Source of the DNA: a virus
Strand: one strand, 5' to 3'
Virus record (IMG/VR): IMGVR_UViG_3300020179_001470
Coordinates: 8,947 to 72,946 of that record
DNA length: 64,000 bases
In this document: positions 10,987-21,683 of the stretch, in pieces
Position numbering within the stretch: position 1 is the first letter of the stretch
How the letters are laid out: each line of letters begins with the position of its first letter
Translations under genes and position numbers: made by a program
Notes under the pieces: model-generated
Database searches by the model: none
The model's input: the letters and a program-made list of their open reading frames with translations, nothing else
Told to the model about the DNA's origin: nothing

Positions 10987-12561
10987 ATGAAAAAACCCAC
11001 ACTACAAGAAGAATTACAACGAATCCATGAAATTACCTACGGTAAATCAATGGTAAATGAAAATTTTATCGATGATTTATTAAGTAAAATTGGGTTAGGT
11101 AAAAAAGATGAAAAAAAAGTAGACGACCCCAAAAAGGCGGACTTAGTATCTGACGATGTTAAACAGTTCTTCTCAACATTGGAGAATATAAAAACTGAAT
11201 TAACACAACAGACAGCTGGTAATTACAAATATCAAAAAGATGTTGAGAGTGTTCAAATAGGTTTACTTTTGTTAGGTTACGAACTACCTAAACACGGGGT
11301 AGATGGTAAATACGGTCCCGAAACCGCTAATGCAATATCCGAATTCAAAAAAGACAATAATTTAGATAAAGATTCCCAACCAATATCTGAGTCAATTCTT
11401 CTTTCAATACTTGAAGACTTTGAATTGATTAAAGAAAAAGTTGAGTTGGTTCAATTGGATGACACGTCATATCCAAATGTAAAATTTGATAAGGACGGAA
11501 CACAATACGATGAAGTTAATAAAGCGTTGTTAGATGACCTACAAAAAGCTGCAGCTTCGGTTGGTGTTATCGCAACAATAACCACCGCAAAAACTGGTCA
11601 CGGTTTTCTAACAAAGTCAGGGAACCAAAGTAGACATATGACCCAAACGGCGGTTGATATTTCAATATTGGACGGTGAGGGTTCTGCTAAGGCAACAAAT
11701 TCAACGAATGGTAGTCCATCATTCAGAGATAAAGGTAATTTACTTAAAGATGCTTTAGTTCAATTGGGTTATGTTTGGAATACTGAGAGTGGAAACGACA
11801 AGGCGGTTTTATGGCAAACAAATACAGGTGGTAACCACTTCAACCACTTACACGTATCAAATAATTCAGGAGCATCTACCGCAGAATTGAGTTCATTAGC
11901 ACAAGGTACTGGTTCTGTGATGACGGTTGATGACGTAAAAGTCATGGTCGATAAATTGAAAAGTAGAGGTGTATCATCTGAAGACCTTAAAAAACATATC
12001 GACTCAATCACAACCGGTGGTGGACCTGAGTTTACAGATATAGATATAATGACTAATGAAGGATATCAAGCATATTCTGAAATATGTCAGAAATTTATCG
12101 ATAGTAACTCACCAAATCCACTTGGAATTACTGGTGAAATGATGGCGAGAGGTGCTAGGGGTGCATACGAGAAATATCAAAGATACGTACCACCCGAATT
12201 AGCATTAGCACAATTAGTTTTAGAAGGTGGTATTAGAAACGGTAAAATGGACAGTAGACCTATTAGAACTAAGAACCCTTTCAATGTTGGTAACACCGAC
12301 AGTGGTTCAAACGTATCTCATAATGATGTTCAAAGTGGTATTGACACATACTATAATTTAGTTGCTAGCAATTATTTAGGTAAGGGTAAAACCGCGAAAG
12401 ACCTGATAAGTAATTTCGTAAATCAAAACGGAAACAGATATGCGAGTTCCATGGGTTATGAAAAATTACTTGGTAGTATCGCTCAACAAGCAAATAAAAC
12501 CGCACAACCAATTATGGATAGATTGGCGGGTTCAAAGACCTCTAGTTCTGATGTGGGGTAA
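10987..12561 (+). CDS. Multidomain cell-wall hydrolase: PG-binding + M15-like peptidase + glucosaminidase-like domains
   Basis: GVDGKYGPETANAI (PG-binding); SRH..AVD...HFNHLH (LAS-type metallopeptidase); LALAQLVLE...KNPFNVGN; TATTTAT at 10960. Confidence 0.65.
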   Translation: MKKPTLQEELQRIHEITYGKSMVNENFIDDLLSKIGLGKKDEKKVDDPKKADLVSDDVKQFFSTLENIKTELTQQTAGNYKYQKDVESVQIGLLLLGYELPKHGVDGKYGPETANAISEFKKDNNLDKDSQPISESILLSILEDFELIKEKVELVQLDDTSYPNVKFDKDGTQYDEVNKALLDDLQKAAASVGVIATITTAKTGHGFLTKSGNQSRHMTQTAVDISILDGEGSAKATNSTNGSPSFRDKGNLLKDALVQLGYVWNTESGNDKAVLWQTNTGGNHFNHLHVSNNSGASTAELSSLAQGTGSVMTVDDVKVMVDKLKSRGVSSEDLKKHIDSITTGGGPEFTDIDIMTNEGYQAYSEICQKFIDSNSPNPLGITGEMMARGARGAYEKYQRYVPPELALAQLVLEGGIRNGKMDSRPIRTKNPFNVGNTDSGSNVSHNDVQSGIDTYYNLVASNYLGKGKTAKDLISNFVNQNGNRYASSMGYEKLLGSIAQQANKTAQPIMDRLAGSKTSSSDVG

Positions 12562-12614
12562 ATTTTATTTATAATTTAATATTTTTTACATATCTTTTCA
12601 TAAAACAAAAAGTT

Positions 12615-12839
12615 ATGGCAAAAGATACCTGTGTAATGTGTGGTGTTGAAACACCATATGAGTTTAATACTCACATTGACTTGAGAAATGGATATGTTGA
12701 AGGTTTAGGACAGTTATGTGTGAAATGTTATGAACGAGACGAAACAGAAACAATATTAGTTCCCATCAGTTTAATAAAGAGTACACCAAACAATATGGAG
12801 TTGGGTGAAAAAGTCAGAAGATTGTCTGATAAGTATTAA
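12615..12839 (+). CDS. Small Zn-finger protein
   Basis: CVMC...CVKC. Confidence 0.6.
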   Translation: MAKDTCVMCGVETPYEFNTHIDLRNGYVEGLGQLCVKCYERDETETILVPISLIKSTPNNMELGEKVRRLSDKY

Positions 12840-12882
12840 TAATTCCATTTTTGGTTGTATTTATATGTAAAGAATTATTTCT

Positions 12883-14073
12883 ATGGATAAATTAACCGAA
12901 AAATATTTAAGACGTATTATTTCCGAATCGTACATCTCCGATGTGGAGGAAATGGCGTACAAACAAAAAGGGGTTCGAGATGATAAAGGTAAATTAGTAA
13001 AATACAAACCTTTTTTTAAAGAAGATAATGATACGGATATTCCCGATTATTGGATTGCTAACCCCACTTTACAAGAAGGCGCGGAAATATTAGTAGTACC
13101 ATTGGATTGTCAGGAACTTGAGGAATTTAAAAACGCAAACCAAGAGTTCTTAGAAAAAATCAAAGAACTTCACAATTTAGAGCCACAATTAGCCGCTTGT
13201 AAAAGAGGAAAATATCATAGACCTATTGAAAAATATGTAGAAGGTGGTTACAAACCAACAGGGGCTAGTTATAGTGAATCCGAAAAAATTAAAAGAAGAT
13301 TTTTTGACGTAATTGCTCGTAATTTAGAGGATGAGTCTTTCGCTCAGGAATTAAATAAGAGAAGTATTCCGGCGGTTATTGCGAGAGACAGGTCAAATGT
13401 TAACCAATACGGTAAGTTTACAAATCAAAAAATAGAATACAAGACTCACAATAATAACGCATATCAATCAGCAAAAGACTTTTTAATGGCTGCTGTTGCT
13501 CGTGTTCAGGGTAAAGAAACACCAGAAATGAAAACATTCTATATGGCACGTCAATACAATACAAACTATAATAATTGGCGAGCCGATAAAAAAATGTTAA
13601 AACAATATTCGGGTAAAACTGACAAATACATGTTGGATGCATATGGTTTAGAACAAGATAACTTGGATGTAACTATTAGAATGGATTTTGAAATAACTGG
13701 TGAACCATTGGGTGACAATAGTTATACATGGAATGTCAGAATGGTGACTAAATTAGGTAAAAAACTTGAGGATGAAAGTGGATTGAAGGGTGGATTCTTA
13801 GATGATAAGTTAATTCAATCTTCATCAACCGCACAACTTAGACCTGGTACTGAGTTCAACGATAATTACACAGTTATGGACAACAAAGAAGTTGTTGATG
13901 CGTTAATTCAAGCTATCGATGACTTGAAATCACAGGTCATGACCTTAGACCCGAAAGAAACATTAAAAGCTGCGACCGTTAAAAGATACCAAATTGGAAA
14001 TCCACCAAATCAAGTTAACGAATCAGTTAAGAAAAAACTGATAAACAGGATAGTCCAAAAAGTGGTTAAATAA
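12883..14073 (+). CDS. Hypothetical, possibly virion-internal protein
   Basis: N-terminal KLTEKYLRRIISE motif; TATTTAT at 12858. Confidence 0.6.
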   Translation: MDKLTEKYLRRIISESYISDVEEMAYKQKGVRDDKGKLVKYKPFFKEDNDTDIPDYWIANPTLQEGAEILVVPLDCQELEEFKNANQEFLEKIKELHNLEPQLAACKRGKYHRPIEKYVEGGYKPTGASYSESEKIKRRFFDVIARNLEDESFAQELNKRSIPAVIARDRSNVNQYGKFTNQKIEYKTHNNNAYQSAKDFLMAAVARVQGKETPEMKTFYMARQYNTNYNNWRADKKMLKQYSGKTDKYMLDAYGLEQDNLDVTIRMDFEITGEPLGDNSYTWNVRMVTKLGKKLEDESGLKGGFLDDKLIQSSSTAQLRPGTEFNDNYTVMDNKEVVDALIQAIDDLKSQVMTLDPKETLKAATVKRYQIGNPPNQVNESVKKKLINRIVQKVVK

Positions 14074-14087
14074 ATTAAAACCAAATT

Positions 14088-14116
14088 AAATCCCGAGAAA
14101 TCGGGATTTTTTTTTT
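14088..14116 (+). terminator. Rho-independent terminator
   Basis: aaatcccga-gaaa-tcgggattt + T run. Confidence 0.85.
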
Positions 14117-14159
14117 GAGATTTTTTTGAATATCTGAAAATTTTCGCTATATTTGTGCT

Positions 14160-14294
14160 ATGGAAACCCAAAGAAAATTAGCGTCAATTAGGATTATTAA
14201 TCAGATTCAACCCATTGAAGGGGCTGACATGATTGAACTGGCAACCGTTGGTGGTTGGAATGTCGTTGTTGCTAAGTACGTCAACAGATTTTAG
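14160..14294 (+). pseudogene. Truncated N-terminus of an RNA ligase (DRB0094/Rnl5-like family)
   Basis: METQRKLASIRIINQIQPIEGADMIELATVGGWNVVVAK then stop after 44 aa; own TAnnTTTG promoter upstream. Confidence 0.7.
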
Positions 14295-14299
14295 TTAAT

Positions 14300-14956
14300 A
14301 TGTTAAAAATAAAAGAGAACAGAAAAGTTTGGATTACATCCGACACACACTTTGGTCACACTAATATTTGTAGAGGTATAACTAATTGGAGAATGCTTGA
14401 TGGTTCGATTCCTGTGAAACAAACAAGGGATTTTGAAACTATTGAAAAAATGAACTCAGCAATTGTAAACAACATAAATTCAGTTGTTGGTCAAGACGAT
14501 ATTTTAATTCACTTGGGTGATTGGTCATTCGGTGGATTTGAGAATATCGAAATATTCAGAAACAGAATAGTTTGTCAAGAGATTCACCTTGTATTAGGTA
14601 ACCATGACCACCATATTGAAAGGAACAAACAGAACTGTCAAAGTCTGTTTGCTTCGGTTCAAGATTTCTTAAGAATGGAATACTTGGGTCACACCTATGA
14701 GATGATGCACTACCCTATAACCTCTTGGAATAATCTGAGAAAGGGTAGAATCCATTTACATGGACATTGTCACTTACCTCATTACGCCAAAATTAGTGGT
14801 GGACGTAGGATGGATGTGGGTATGGATGGAAGTCCTGAGTTCAGACCATATGATTTCGAACACGAAATTCTAAAACCAATGTTGAAAGTTGCAATTGGTT
14901 CTGAGATGGGCTCATTAGACCACCACTTCTATGAAATGCAAAATGTTGTGGGTTAA
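14300..14956 (+). CDS. Calcineurin-like metallophosphoesterase
   Basis: TSDTHFGH, HLGD, GNHD, HGHCH. Confidence 0.9.
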   Translation: MLKIKENRKVWITSDTHFGHTNICRGITNWRMLDGSIPVKQTRDFETIEKMNSAIVNNINSVVGQDDILIHLGDWSFGGFENIEIFRNRIVCQEIHLVLGNHDHHIERNKQNCQSLFASVQDFLRMEYLGHTYEMMHYPITSWNNLRKGRIHLHGHCHLPHYAKISGGRRMDVGMDGSPEFRPYDFEHEILKPMLKVAIGSEMGSLDHHFYEMQNVVG

Positions 14957-15325
14957 ATTTGAAATTACAGAAAAAAAAATTTATATTTTATATTATGTTT
15001 CGTAAAATCTTTACCAACATCATCAAATCCAAAACGACGATTACTTTTTTAGTATTCTTCTTTATTGGTATGAGTTATCAATTTTTAATCTTTCCCGGAT
15101 TAACTGTGGCCAACACAATAATCAACATTATCTCGGTAATTTTTTTGGTGGGTACGATAATGTTTGTACTATTTTATGTGAGATTCATGTATTTCAATGA
15201 TAAACCATTTGAATTATTCACACCTGACCCAAACAAAACACCCGAGACAGAACTTGATTATAATCCTAAAAAAGTTAACAAGAAAAAAACTAAAACAAAA
15301 ACTAAAAAAACAATTTAAAACAAAG

Positions 15326-15349
15326 AACCCCTCGAAAGAGGGGTTTTTT
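15326..15349 (+). terminator. Rho-independent terminator
   Basis: aacccctc-gaaa-gaggggtt + T run. Confidence 0.85.
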
Positions 15350-15383
15350 GTTTACATACGATATTTATATATAAAAGAAAAAA

Positions 15384-15617
15384 ATGAAAAAAGTAGTTAA
15401 ATTATCAATCAAAGACATAGAAGGTATCGTTAAAAGAACGTTAAGTGAAGCAGAAATAGATGATTTCACCATGAAACAACAACCCGAAGAATTACCGGGG
15501 GCACAAGATTACGATGATGAACAAGAATTAAAAAGAACTGTGGCTATTGGTAAGGGTGACGATGGAAAAATATACGTGACAGATGTTGAGACTGGTGAAA
15601 TAATTGCGACGAAGTAA
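15384..15617 (+). CDS. Hypothetical, possibly virion-internal protein
   Basis: MKKVVKLSIKDIEGIVKRTLSE N-terminus; TATTTAT at 15362. Confidence 0.65.
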   Translation: MKKVVKLSIKDIEGIVKRTLSEAEIDDFTMKQQPEELPGAQDYDDEQELKRTVAIGKGDDGKIYVTDVETGEIIATK

Positions 15618-15618
15618 A

Positions 15619-16122
15619 CTACTGATGACTAACTTTTTTCTTCAGATTCTTAATCATCCCAATTAATTTCTCATCTCTTTTATTATTAATAATTGTAGTG
15701 GTATTAGATGATTCGGGAATCATCACCATAACTCTGACAGAACTATCTTCATCATTAATATTATAAGTTTTACGAGACATTAAGTTCACTACTCTTGTCT
15801 CGTTTTTCATTTTATTAGTGTAGTTCTCAATGTCACTTATCATGCTTAATATCTCATTTTCCCTTTTAACCATTTCATTGGTACACTCTCTTTGATTTTC
15901 TATTACCTGATTGTTTAATTCATTAATTCTATTATTTAGTTGTACAATCTGACTATTTTGAGATTCAATTCTGATTTTTAATTCTTTGTCATTATATGTT
16001 ATGGATTCGGTGATTTTGGGTCCAACCGAGATAATTATAGTTGAAAATAACAAAATAGACAGAGCAACAATTCTTTGTCTTTGTGTGAATTTTAGTAATA
16101 TTTCAGATATGTACTTAAACAT
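15619..16122 (-). CDS. Membrane-anchored coiled-coil protein
   Basis: N-terminal TM helix followed by heptad-like region. Confidence 0.6.
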   Translation of the reverse strand: MFKYISEILLKFTQRQRIVALSILLFSTIIISVGPKITESITYNDKELKIRIESQNSQIVQLNNRINELNNQVIENQRECTNEMVKRENEILSMISDIENYTNKMKNETRVVNLMSRKTYNINDEDSSVRVMVMIPESSNTTTIINNKRDEKLIGMIKNLKKKVSHQ

Positions 16123-16149
16123 ATAATAATAAATATTTAAAAATAAGTT

Positions 16150-16494
16150 ATGGTAAAGAAAAGGGGTCTAATCACAAAAGTAATCACGGTCTACAATTCA
16201 CGGACCGATGATGAAATTGATTTGTTTGTCACATATGAAATAGTTGATTCTGAGAATTTAGAAGACGATGAGACATATTTTAATTCAAACTATGAAATCG
16301 ATATAAAATCATTCGAACCTAATAACGAATCCGAAGAATTATTAGAATGGGTTACTGAAGATTTAGTTTATGATTATTTGTACGATGAGATAGAAATAGA
16401 CATGTCAGAAGATGAACTGACTGAAGAGGAAAGTGATGACGAGTTTTATGAAGATTATGAAAACGATTACTTAGAAGGCGACGAGGATTATTAA
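16150..16494 (+). CDS. Highly acidic protein
   Basis: D/E-rich, tail EDELTEEESDDEFYEDYENDYLEGDEDY. Confidence 0.65.
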   Translation: MVKKRGLITKVITVYNSRTDDEIDLFVTYEIVDSENLEDDETYFNSNYEIDIKSFEPNNESEELLEWVTEDLVYDYLYDEIEIDMSEDELTEEESDDEFYEDYENDYLEGDEDY

Positions 16495-16553
16495 TTTTAA
16501 CGATACGATTTGTTTTTTACTAAAAATTTTCTTATCTTTTTAAAAAAAATTAT

Positions 16554-17255
16554 ATGTCCTATTTAAATACACCAATTCCAGTAGTGGAAGCTTTTATACG
16601 TGGTAATTTCCTCAGAAATCAAGAAGATTCACATGAAAAAAAATTTCCTTGTTATATTTTTGGGATGTCCTCAATTCCTGCACAAGCACCCTTATTTCAT
16701 TTTATAATGGAGGACGGTGCTTTGTGGTGGAGAATGCCAATCCACGCTTTCTGTTGGAAAGAAGATGCGCCAGAACAAGAACTTGACGAACTGGTATTGT
16801 GGGATTCTTTCTCTTACCATGTGGGTGCAATATCATTCCCAATGTTAAAAAATAAAACTTGTAAATTCACATCACGAAGAAGAATTCAATACAGTGGTAG
16901 GTATCTATTTACATTAGATTGGGGTTCGTCATCAGACATGAGTGATACCGATTTTGGTCTCAGTGAGTTTCCATCACAACACAAGTGCGGTCACTTTATT
17001 GCAATGGATAATGGAAACTTTGCAATTCAACCAAATAATAGGTTACTCATTCACGACCCATCTTTTACCGTTAAAGAAGAGTTGGTTATCCATAGAAAAT
17101 ATAACACAACTCTGTGGACGGCAGAGAGAAATATGAGGTGGGTTACACCGGATACTGACATTATGAACTACGACCATACAGATTTAGAAATGGGTGAAAG
17201 TAACAAGTTAAGGTCGGACGAATACAACAAACCTGATAATGAGGGTACAGTATAA
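16554..17255 (+). CDS. Hypothetical phage-type protein
   Basis: 233-aa ORF with HKCGH and GNFAIQPNNR motifs. Confidence 0.65.
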   Translation: MSYLNTPIPVVEAFIRGNFLRNQEDSHEKKFPCYIFGMSSIPAQAPLFHFIMEDGALWWRMPIHAFCWKEDAPEQELDELVLWDSFSYHVGAISFPMLKNKTCKFTSRRRIQYSGRYLFTLDWGSSSDMSDTDFGLSEFPSQHKCGHFIAMDNGNFAIQPNNRLLIHDPSFTVKEELVIHRKYNTTLWTAERNMRWVTPDTDIMNYDHTDLEMGESNKLRSDEYNKPDNEGTV

Positions 17256-17856
17256 ACATGAAAATGGTTTTTTCTTTAACGAGAGAGTTTTTTGTGAAGT
17301 TTATTGTACGCCTGAAAACGAATCAAACGATGATTTATTAAATCAAGGGTGGCTACCTTCGATGGAAGAAATGGGTATATGGTACCAATCTCGAAGTTGT
17401 AGGATAAATCTGAATCATTTCACGATATCAAAGAAAAGAAGGTATATAATAAAAAAATTAGACGTTTCATTTTCAAATGAAAATGACAATCATATGATTG
17501 ACAAGTTTTTTGAGGATTATTACAAAGTTATGGGGTACGATATAATGGATATTTACCATAATTGCTCAAAATTTTTTAATCCTAAAATGTTAATTATACA
17601 CCACGATAATAATATAGTTGGTGTTGCTAAGTATGTTGAAAATGAAGACTCTAACCTTTTCCTGAATTTATCTTACAAACACGATTACGATAAGTTATCA
17701 TTGGGCACCAACTTGTTTTATATACTTTCTGATATTACAAAAAAACAAAACAAAAACTATTTGTACGTTTACGAAACTTACAAAGATACTTTTTCGTATA
17801 AACAAAAGTTACCAAATCTTGAAATTTGGAATGGTAGGGAGTGGTGTTCTGAGTAA
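17239..17856 (+). CDS. Aminoacyl-tRNA-protein transferase-like (ATE1/Bpt, GNAT fold)
   Basis: LLNQGW...WYQSRSCRINL N-terminal block; KLSLGT and YLYVY...YK C-terminal block. Confidence 0.55.
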   Translation: MRVQYKHENGFFFNERVFCEVYCTPENESNDDLLNQGWLPSMEEMGIWYQSRSCRINLNHFTISKKRRYIIKKLDVSFSNENDNHMIDKFFEDYYKVMGYDIMDIYHNCSKFFNPKMLIIHHDNNIVGVAKYVENEDSNLFLNLSYKHDYDKLSLGTNLFYILSDITKKQNKNYLYVYETYKDTFSYKQKLPNLEIWNGREWCSE

Positions 17857-17887
17857 TATTTTAACTTTTTCTATATTTATATAGAAT

Positions 17888-18601
17888 ATGAGACAGGGAG
17901 ATTTCAACACGTTAAAAGAAACTATAGGTACATTAAATAACTTCAACAAAGTTCTTTTACTTACTTGTTCAAACAGAGGTGAAGAAGTTTCAAAAACGCA
18001 GATTCCAAAATCTAGTATAATTGCAAAACTAATTCATAAGAATTTACCTAGTTCTACTTTAATAGATGTTACCAAACTAAAAATTTATCCATGTGAGGGT
18101 AACGTTTCTAGAATGGAAGGAAATGTTTGTGGTGTAAAAGATGCTTTACTAAAAGATTCTTTTAAAAATCCGAGTGGGTTTCATAGGTGTTGGGCATCAA
18201 TTAATAACCCCGATGATGAATTATGGATGGTTAGTAAATCTCTTTTTGAATCAGATTGTGTTATTTTTTTCTCTTCGGTAAGATGGGGGGCAGCAAATAT
18301 GTTTTATCAAAAATTAATTGAGAGACTTAATTGGATAAATAACAGATTTATACCTTACGGTGAGGATAACATAATAAAAGACATTTCATCAGGGTTTATT
18401 ATTGTTGGACAACACCAATCTGCATTTGAAATTACTCAAACGCAATTCGAGAATCATGACTATTATGGTTTTAAAGCGGACCCAAATTTATATTGGTATT
18501 GGAATGCTGAAAACATTCATTTTGACGAAGAAACTTTAGAGGGTTACATTGAGAGTTATCCTGAATTTTTCATAGATTTTCACATTAGAATAGAAAATTA
18601 A
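17888..18601 (+). CDS. Flavodoxin-fold/NADPH-dependent FMN reductase-like protein
   Basis: CSNR, LKIYPCEG..., RCWAS...DDE, SDCVIFFSSVRWG, KLIERL. Confidence 0.75.
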   Translation: MRQGDFNTLKETIGTLNNFNKVLLLTCSNRGEEVSKTQIPKSSIIAKLIHKNLPSSTLIDVTKLKIYPCEGNVSRMEGNVCGVKDALLKDSFKNPSGFHRCWASINNPDDELWMVSKSLFESDCVIFFSSVRWGAANMFYQKLIERLNWINNRFIPYGEDNIIKDISSGFIIVGQHQSAFEITQTQFENHDYYGFKADPNLYWYWNAENIHFDEETLEGYIESYPEFFIDFHIRIEN

Positions 18602-18658
18602 ATCAAAATTTTTTATTTAAAAAATTTATTCTTATACTTGTCATAGATAGAATTTCTA

Positions 18659-19138
18659 ATGATAAAATATCGTATTTTTTGTGATTTAGATGGTGTGTTA
18701 ATTGATTTCAACCAAGGTTATAAAGACCTAACGGGTATTGATTTGAGTAAATACGAAAATCTGAATGATTCAAAATTTTGGGAACCGATAGAAAACGCCG
18801 GTTATGATTTTTGGGTCAACCTTAAATGGATTGAACCCGATGGACACATCCTTTGGGGACACATTTCAAAATACAACCCAACTCTATTATCCGCTCCGTC
18901 AAGGCAAGTTGAATCTCGCATAGGAAAAATGGATTGGGTAAGTAGGGAATTACCTGGTGTACCTTTAATATTGAGAAGTGCTAAACACAAAAAAGATTTT
19001 GCGGGGCCGTACACGATATTAATCGATGACAGAAAAGACACCATAAACGGTTGGAACGAAAACGGTGGCGAGGGTATCCTTCACACATCTGCCGAAGAAA
19101 CAATCAAAACACTAAAAGAAAAATATAATTTACACTAA
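18659..19138 (+). CDS. 5'(3')-deoxyribonucleotidase-like HAD
   Basis: IFCDLDGVLIDF, LSAP, K..W, ILIDDR. Confidence 0.85.
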   Translation: MIKYRIFCDLDGVLIDFNQGYKDLTGIDLSKYENLNDSKFWEPIENAGYDFWVNLKWIEPDGHILWGHISKYNPTLLSAPSRQVESRIGKMDWVSRELPGVPLILRSAKHKKDFAGPYTILIDDRKDTINGWNENGGEGILHTSAEETIKTLKEKYNLH

Positions 19139-19329
19139 TGGCAGAAAATGGTTCATCATCAGGAGGAATTGGATTCTTCGGTCTGATGTTTTTAATTTTT
19201 ATGACACTAAAACTGACTGGTGTTATTGATTGGTCGTGGTGGTGGGTAACCGCACCTTTATGGGGTGGATTTGCTCTTATTTTTATAGTCATTATGATTG
19301 TTGTACTTGTAAAAACTATTGACAGATGA
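19138..19329 (+). CDS. Small membrane protein
   Basis: LKLTGVIDWSWWWVTAPLW signature. Confidence 0.7.
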   Translation: MAENGSSSGGIGFFGLMFLIFMTLKLTGVIDWSWWWVTAPLWGGFALIFIVIMIVVLVKTIDR

Positions 19330-20018
19330 TATACGTATCAATAGATATTGAAACTTCGGGTCTCGAACCGTTAAACCACAGTGTGTTATCTTTTGGTGCC
19401 ATTATCGAGGACACCACCAATAAATTACCATATGAGCAATTGCCAAAGTTTAATGCTATCGTACTTCAAAATCAAATTACAGGTTCACCGAGAGCGATTT
19501 CTATGAACAAAGAAATCATATCCTTAATTGGTGAATATAAGGAGGGTAACGACGAGGATAGAGCAAACTTAGAACACCATAGTGATTATGTATTTTTAGA
19601 AGAGAGTGAACTCTCACAAAAATTCTATGATTTTTTATTCTTAAATGGAGTTTATCCAAATTCATGGTTTCAAAAGAATTACCCTAAAACAACATCTTGG
19701 GGTTCGTTTAGAAATGTTAATGGAACAATGATACCCGCATTTAACAATCATACACCATCTTTGACCATTAATGTCGCTGGTAAAAATTTTGGAACTTTTG
19801 ATAAACTATTTTTAGACGAACTTCCATGGTGGAGAAAACTAATAAAAATCAGACAAAGAATTATTGACCCTTCCGTTTTGTATTGTAAATGGGATGAGGA
19901 TGAATCAATTCCAAGTCTTAAGAAATGTAAAGAACGTGCCGGTATCGATGGAGAAGTTACACACACCGCTATTGAGGACGCTTGGGATGTAGTTCAAATG
20001 TTACGTAAATTTTATTAA
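19326..20018 (+). CDS. DEDDh 3'-5' exonuclease
   Basis: SIDIETSG, GKNFGTFD, HTAIEDA. Confidence 0.85.
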   Translation: MIYVSIDIETSGLEPLNHSVLSFGAIIEDTTNKLPYEQLPKFNAIVLQNQITGSPRAISMNKEIISLIGEYKEGNDEDRANLEHHSDYVFLEESELSQKFYDFLFLNGVYPNSWFQKNYPKTTSWGSFRNVNGTMIPAFNNHTPSLTINVAGKNFGTFDKLFLDELPWWRKLIKIRQRIIDPSVLYCKWDEDESIPSLKKCKERAGIDGEVTHTAIEDAWDVVQMLRKFY

Positions 20019-20042
20019 TCAACAAATGTAAATTAAATCAAT

Positions 20043-21104
20043 ATGTCTAAAATAAAAGAATTAAAACAACACCCCGACAACAACATAAGTATGGTTGATG
20101 TCTTTAAAATATTTTGTCCTGAAGGTAAAACTAAGTACATTGAATTTTTACTTCAACTTATAAAGAATACTAATCATTTGGATGCTTACATTAATCAGTT
20201 AAAAGAAAATTTAGAGGCGGAGTTTGGAATTAACCCCGATAAATTAACGGAGTTAACACCGTTTCAACTTTTCGTATCTTTTAGATTTGTGGAAACGAGC
20301 TTAAATTCCACTGACTTGAAAACCTTTCAAAAATTTTGTGATTACAATGAAAGAGGTTTAATTCACAATAATGATTTGACGAGATATAAAAGTTTTGAGG
20401 ACGTGATGGGGGCAACAAGTGTTGCAGAAATTAAAGCTTTTGAAAAAGACTTGGAGAAACAAATTAAAACTCTTTATACCTCTGATGAGTGGATTGTATT
20501 GAGACCTCTAACATTCCATGCGTCTAAAAAATACGGTTCATCAACTAAATGGTGTACGTCATCAGAGAATAATCCTGATTATTTCTTGAGATACTCTAAA
20601 AGAGGTATTCTTGTATATTTTATTAACAAGTTTACAGGATTGAAGGTCGGAGCGTTCAAATCTTTAGATGGTGAACCAGAATATTCTTTTTGGAATCAAG
20701 TGGATTCAAGAATTGATTCTATGGAAAGTGGATTACCTGATTTCATTTTGGATGTACTCAAAAAAGAAGTTAGTGAGAATCCGGTAACCAACAATTCCTT
20801 GTTGTCTGAAGAAGATAGAATCAAAGAGGATATGTTATTGAATGAGGGTCTCAAAAAAATGGGGGTACGGGAAGAACCAACGGATATGGAAGCCCCAACG
20901 GATGAAGCTGTGATGAGTGAAGCGGCGCCTATGGATTATAGAAATGTTGATATTAGAGAAGAGAGAGAATGGGCGATTGAAAGTGGTAATGAATCTCCCA
21001 TGGAAGAAAGGTCATATGAGGAAAGTGGAATGATGTCGGGAGAACCGAGAGAAGTCCTACGAGGAAGTTATGACAATGAAAACGCAGCAATGAGGAGAAT
21101 TTAA
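20043..21104 (+). CDS. Hypothetical protein with acidic low-complexity tail
   Basis: YGSSTKWCT motif; E/M-rich C-terminus. Confidence 0.65.
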   Translation: MSKIKELKQHPDNNISMVDVFKIFCPEGKTKYIEFLLQLIKNTNHLDAYINQLKENLEAEFGINPDKLTELTPFQLFVSFRFVETSLNSTDLKTFQKFCDYNERGLIHNNDLTRYKSFEDVMGATSVAEIKAFEKDLEKQIKTLYTSDEWIVLRPLTFHASKKYGSSTKWCTSSENNPDYFLRYSKRGILVYFINKFTGLKVGAFKSLDGEPEYSFWNQVDSRIDSMESGLPDFILDVLKKEVSENPVTNNSLLSEEDRIKEDMLLNEGLKKMGVREEPTDMEAPTDEAVMSEAAPMDYRNVDIREEREWAIESGNESPMEERSYEESGMMSGEPREVLRGSYDNENAAMRRI

Positions 21105-21127
21105 TCATAATCAAATCTAAAATTGTA

Positions 21128-21155
21128 AAGAGGGACTTCGGTCCCTCTTTTTTTT
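21128..21155 (+). terminator. Rho-independent terminator
   Basis: agagggac-ttcg-gtccctct + T run. Confidence 0.9.
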
Positions 21156-21213
21156 AAAAAAAATTTGTATATCTCAAATACTAGTTGTATATTTGTTTGT
21201 AAATCATAAAAAA

Positions 21214-21681
21214 ATGAAAAAATTATTAATGATATTATGTGTATCGATGGTCGGTAACACATGGGCTCAGGGACTTAGACTACCTGAGAGAGTATTCAAT
21301 TACGCATTATCATATGGACCAAGAGGTAACCATTCTTATTATTCCGTAGGTTATGAGTTTTCTGCGGAAAAAACCAATGCGAGTATTGGTGTCGGATATA
21401 GTAAAATTATGGCCGAATTAAATCTCTTTAATCCACACACACTTACCATAAATGGTAAACCCGAAGAGATTTATGTTGGATTAAATTATGTATACACCAA
21501 TAAAGATTTTAGGTGGTTAATCTTAACAGGGGGTGTCGGTTACTCAACCAATGGTAACAATCAAATTTTGTTAAAAACCGCAGCAAATTTGAGAGTATCA
21601 TATCCTTTTTATATAACTTTAACTTTTTACCAAACCAACAAACCACAGTTTATGGTAGGGGGTAAACTATTCATTTTTTAA
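21214..21681 (+). CDS. Secreted, possible outer-membrane beta-barrel protein
   Basis: Signal peptide MKKLLMILCVSMVGNTWAQ; alternating beta-strand pattern; terminal Phe. Confidence 0.55.
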   Translation: MKKLLMILCVSMVGNTWAQGLRLPERVFNYALSYGPRGNHSYYSVGYEFSAEKTNASIGVGYSKIMAELNLFNPHTLTINGKPEEIYVGLNYVYTNKDFRWLILTGGVGYSTNGNNQILLKTAANLRVSYPFYITLTFYQTNKPQFMVGGKLFIF

Positions 21682-21683
21682 AT

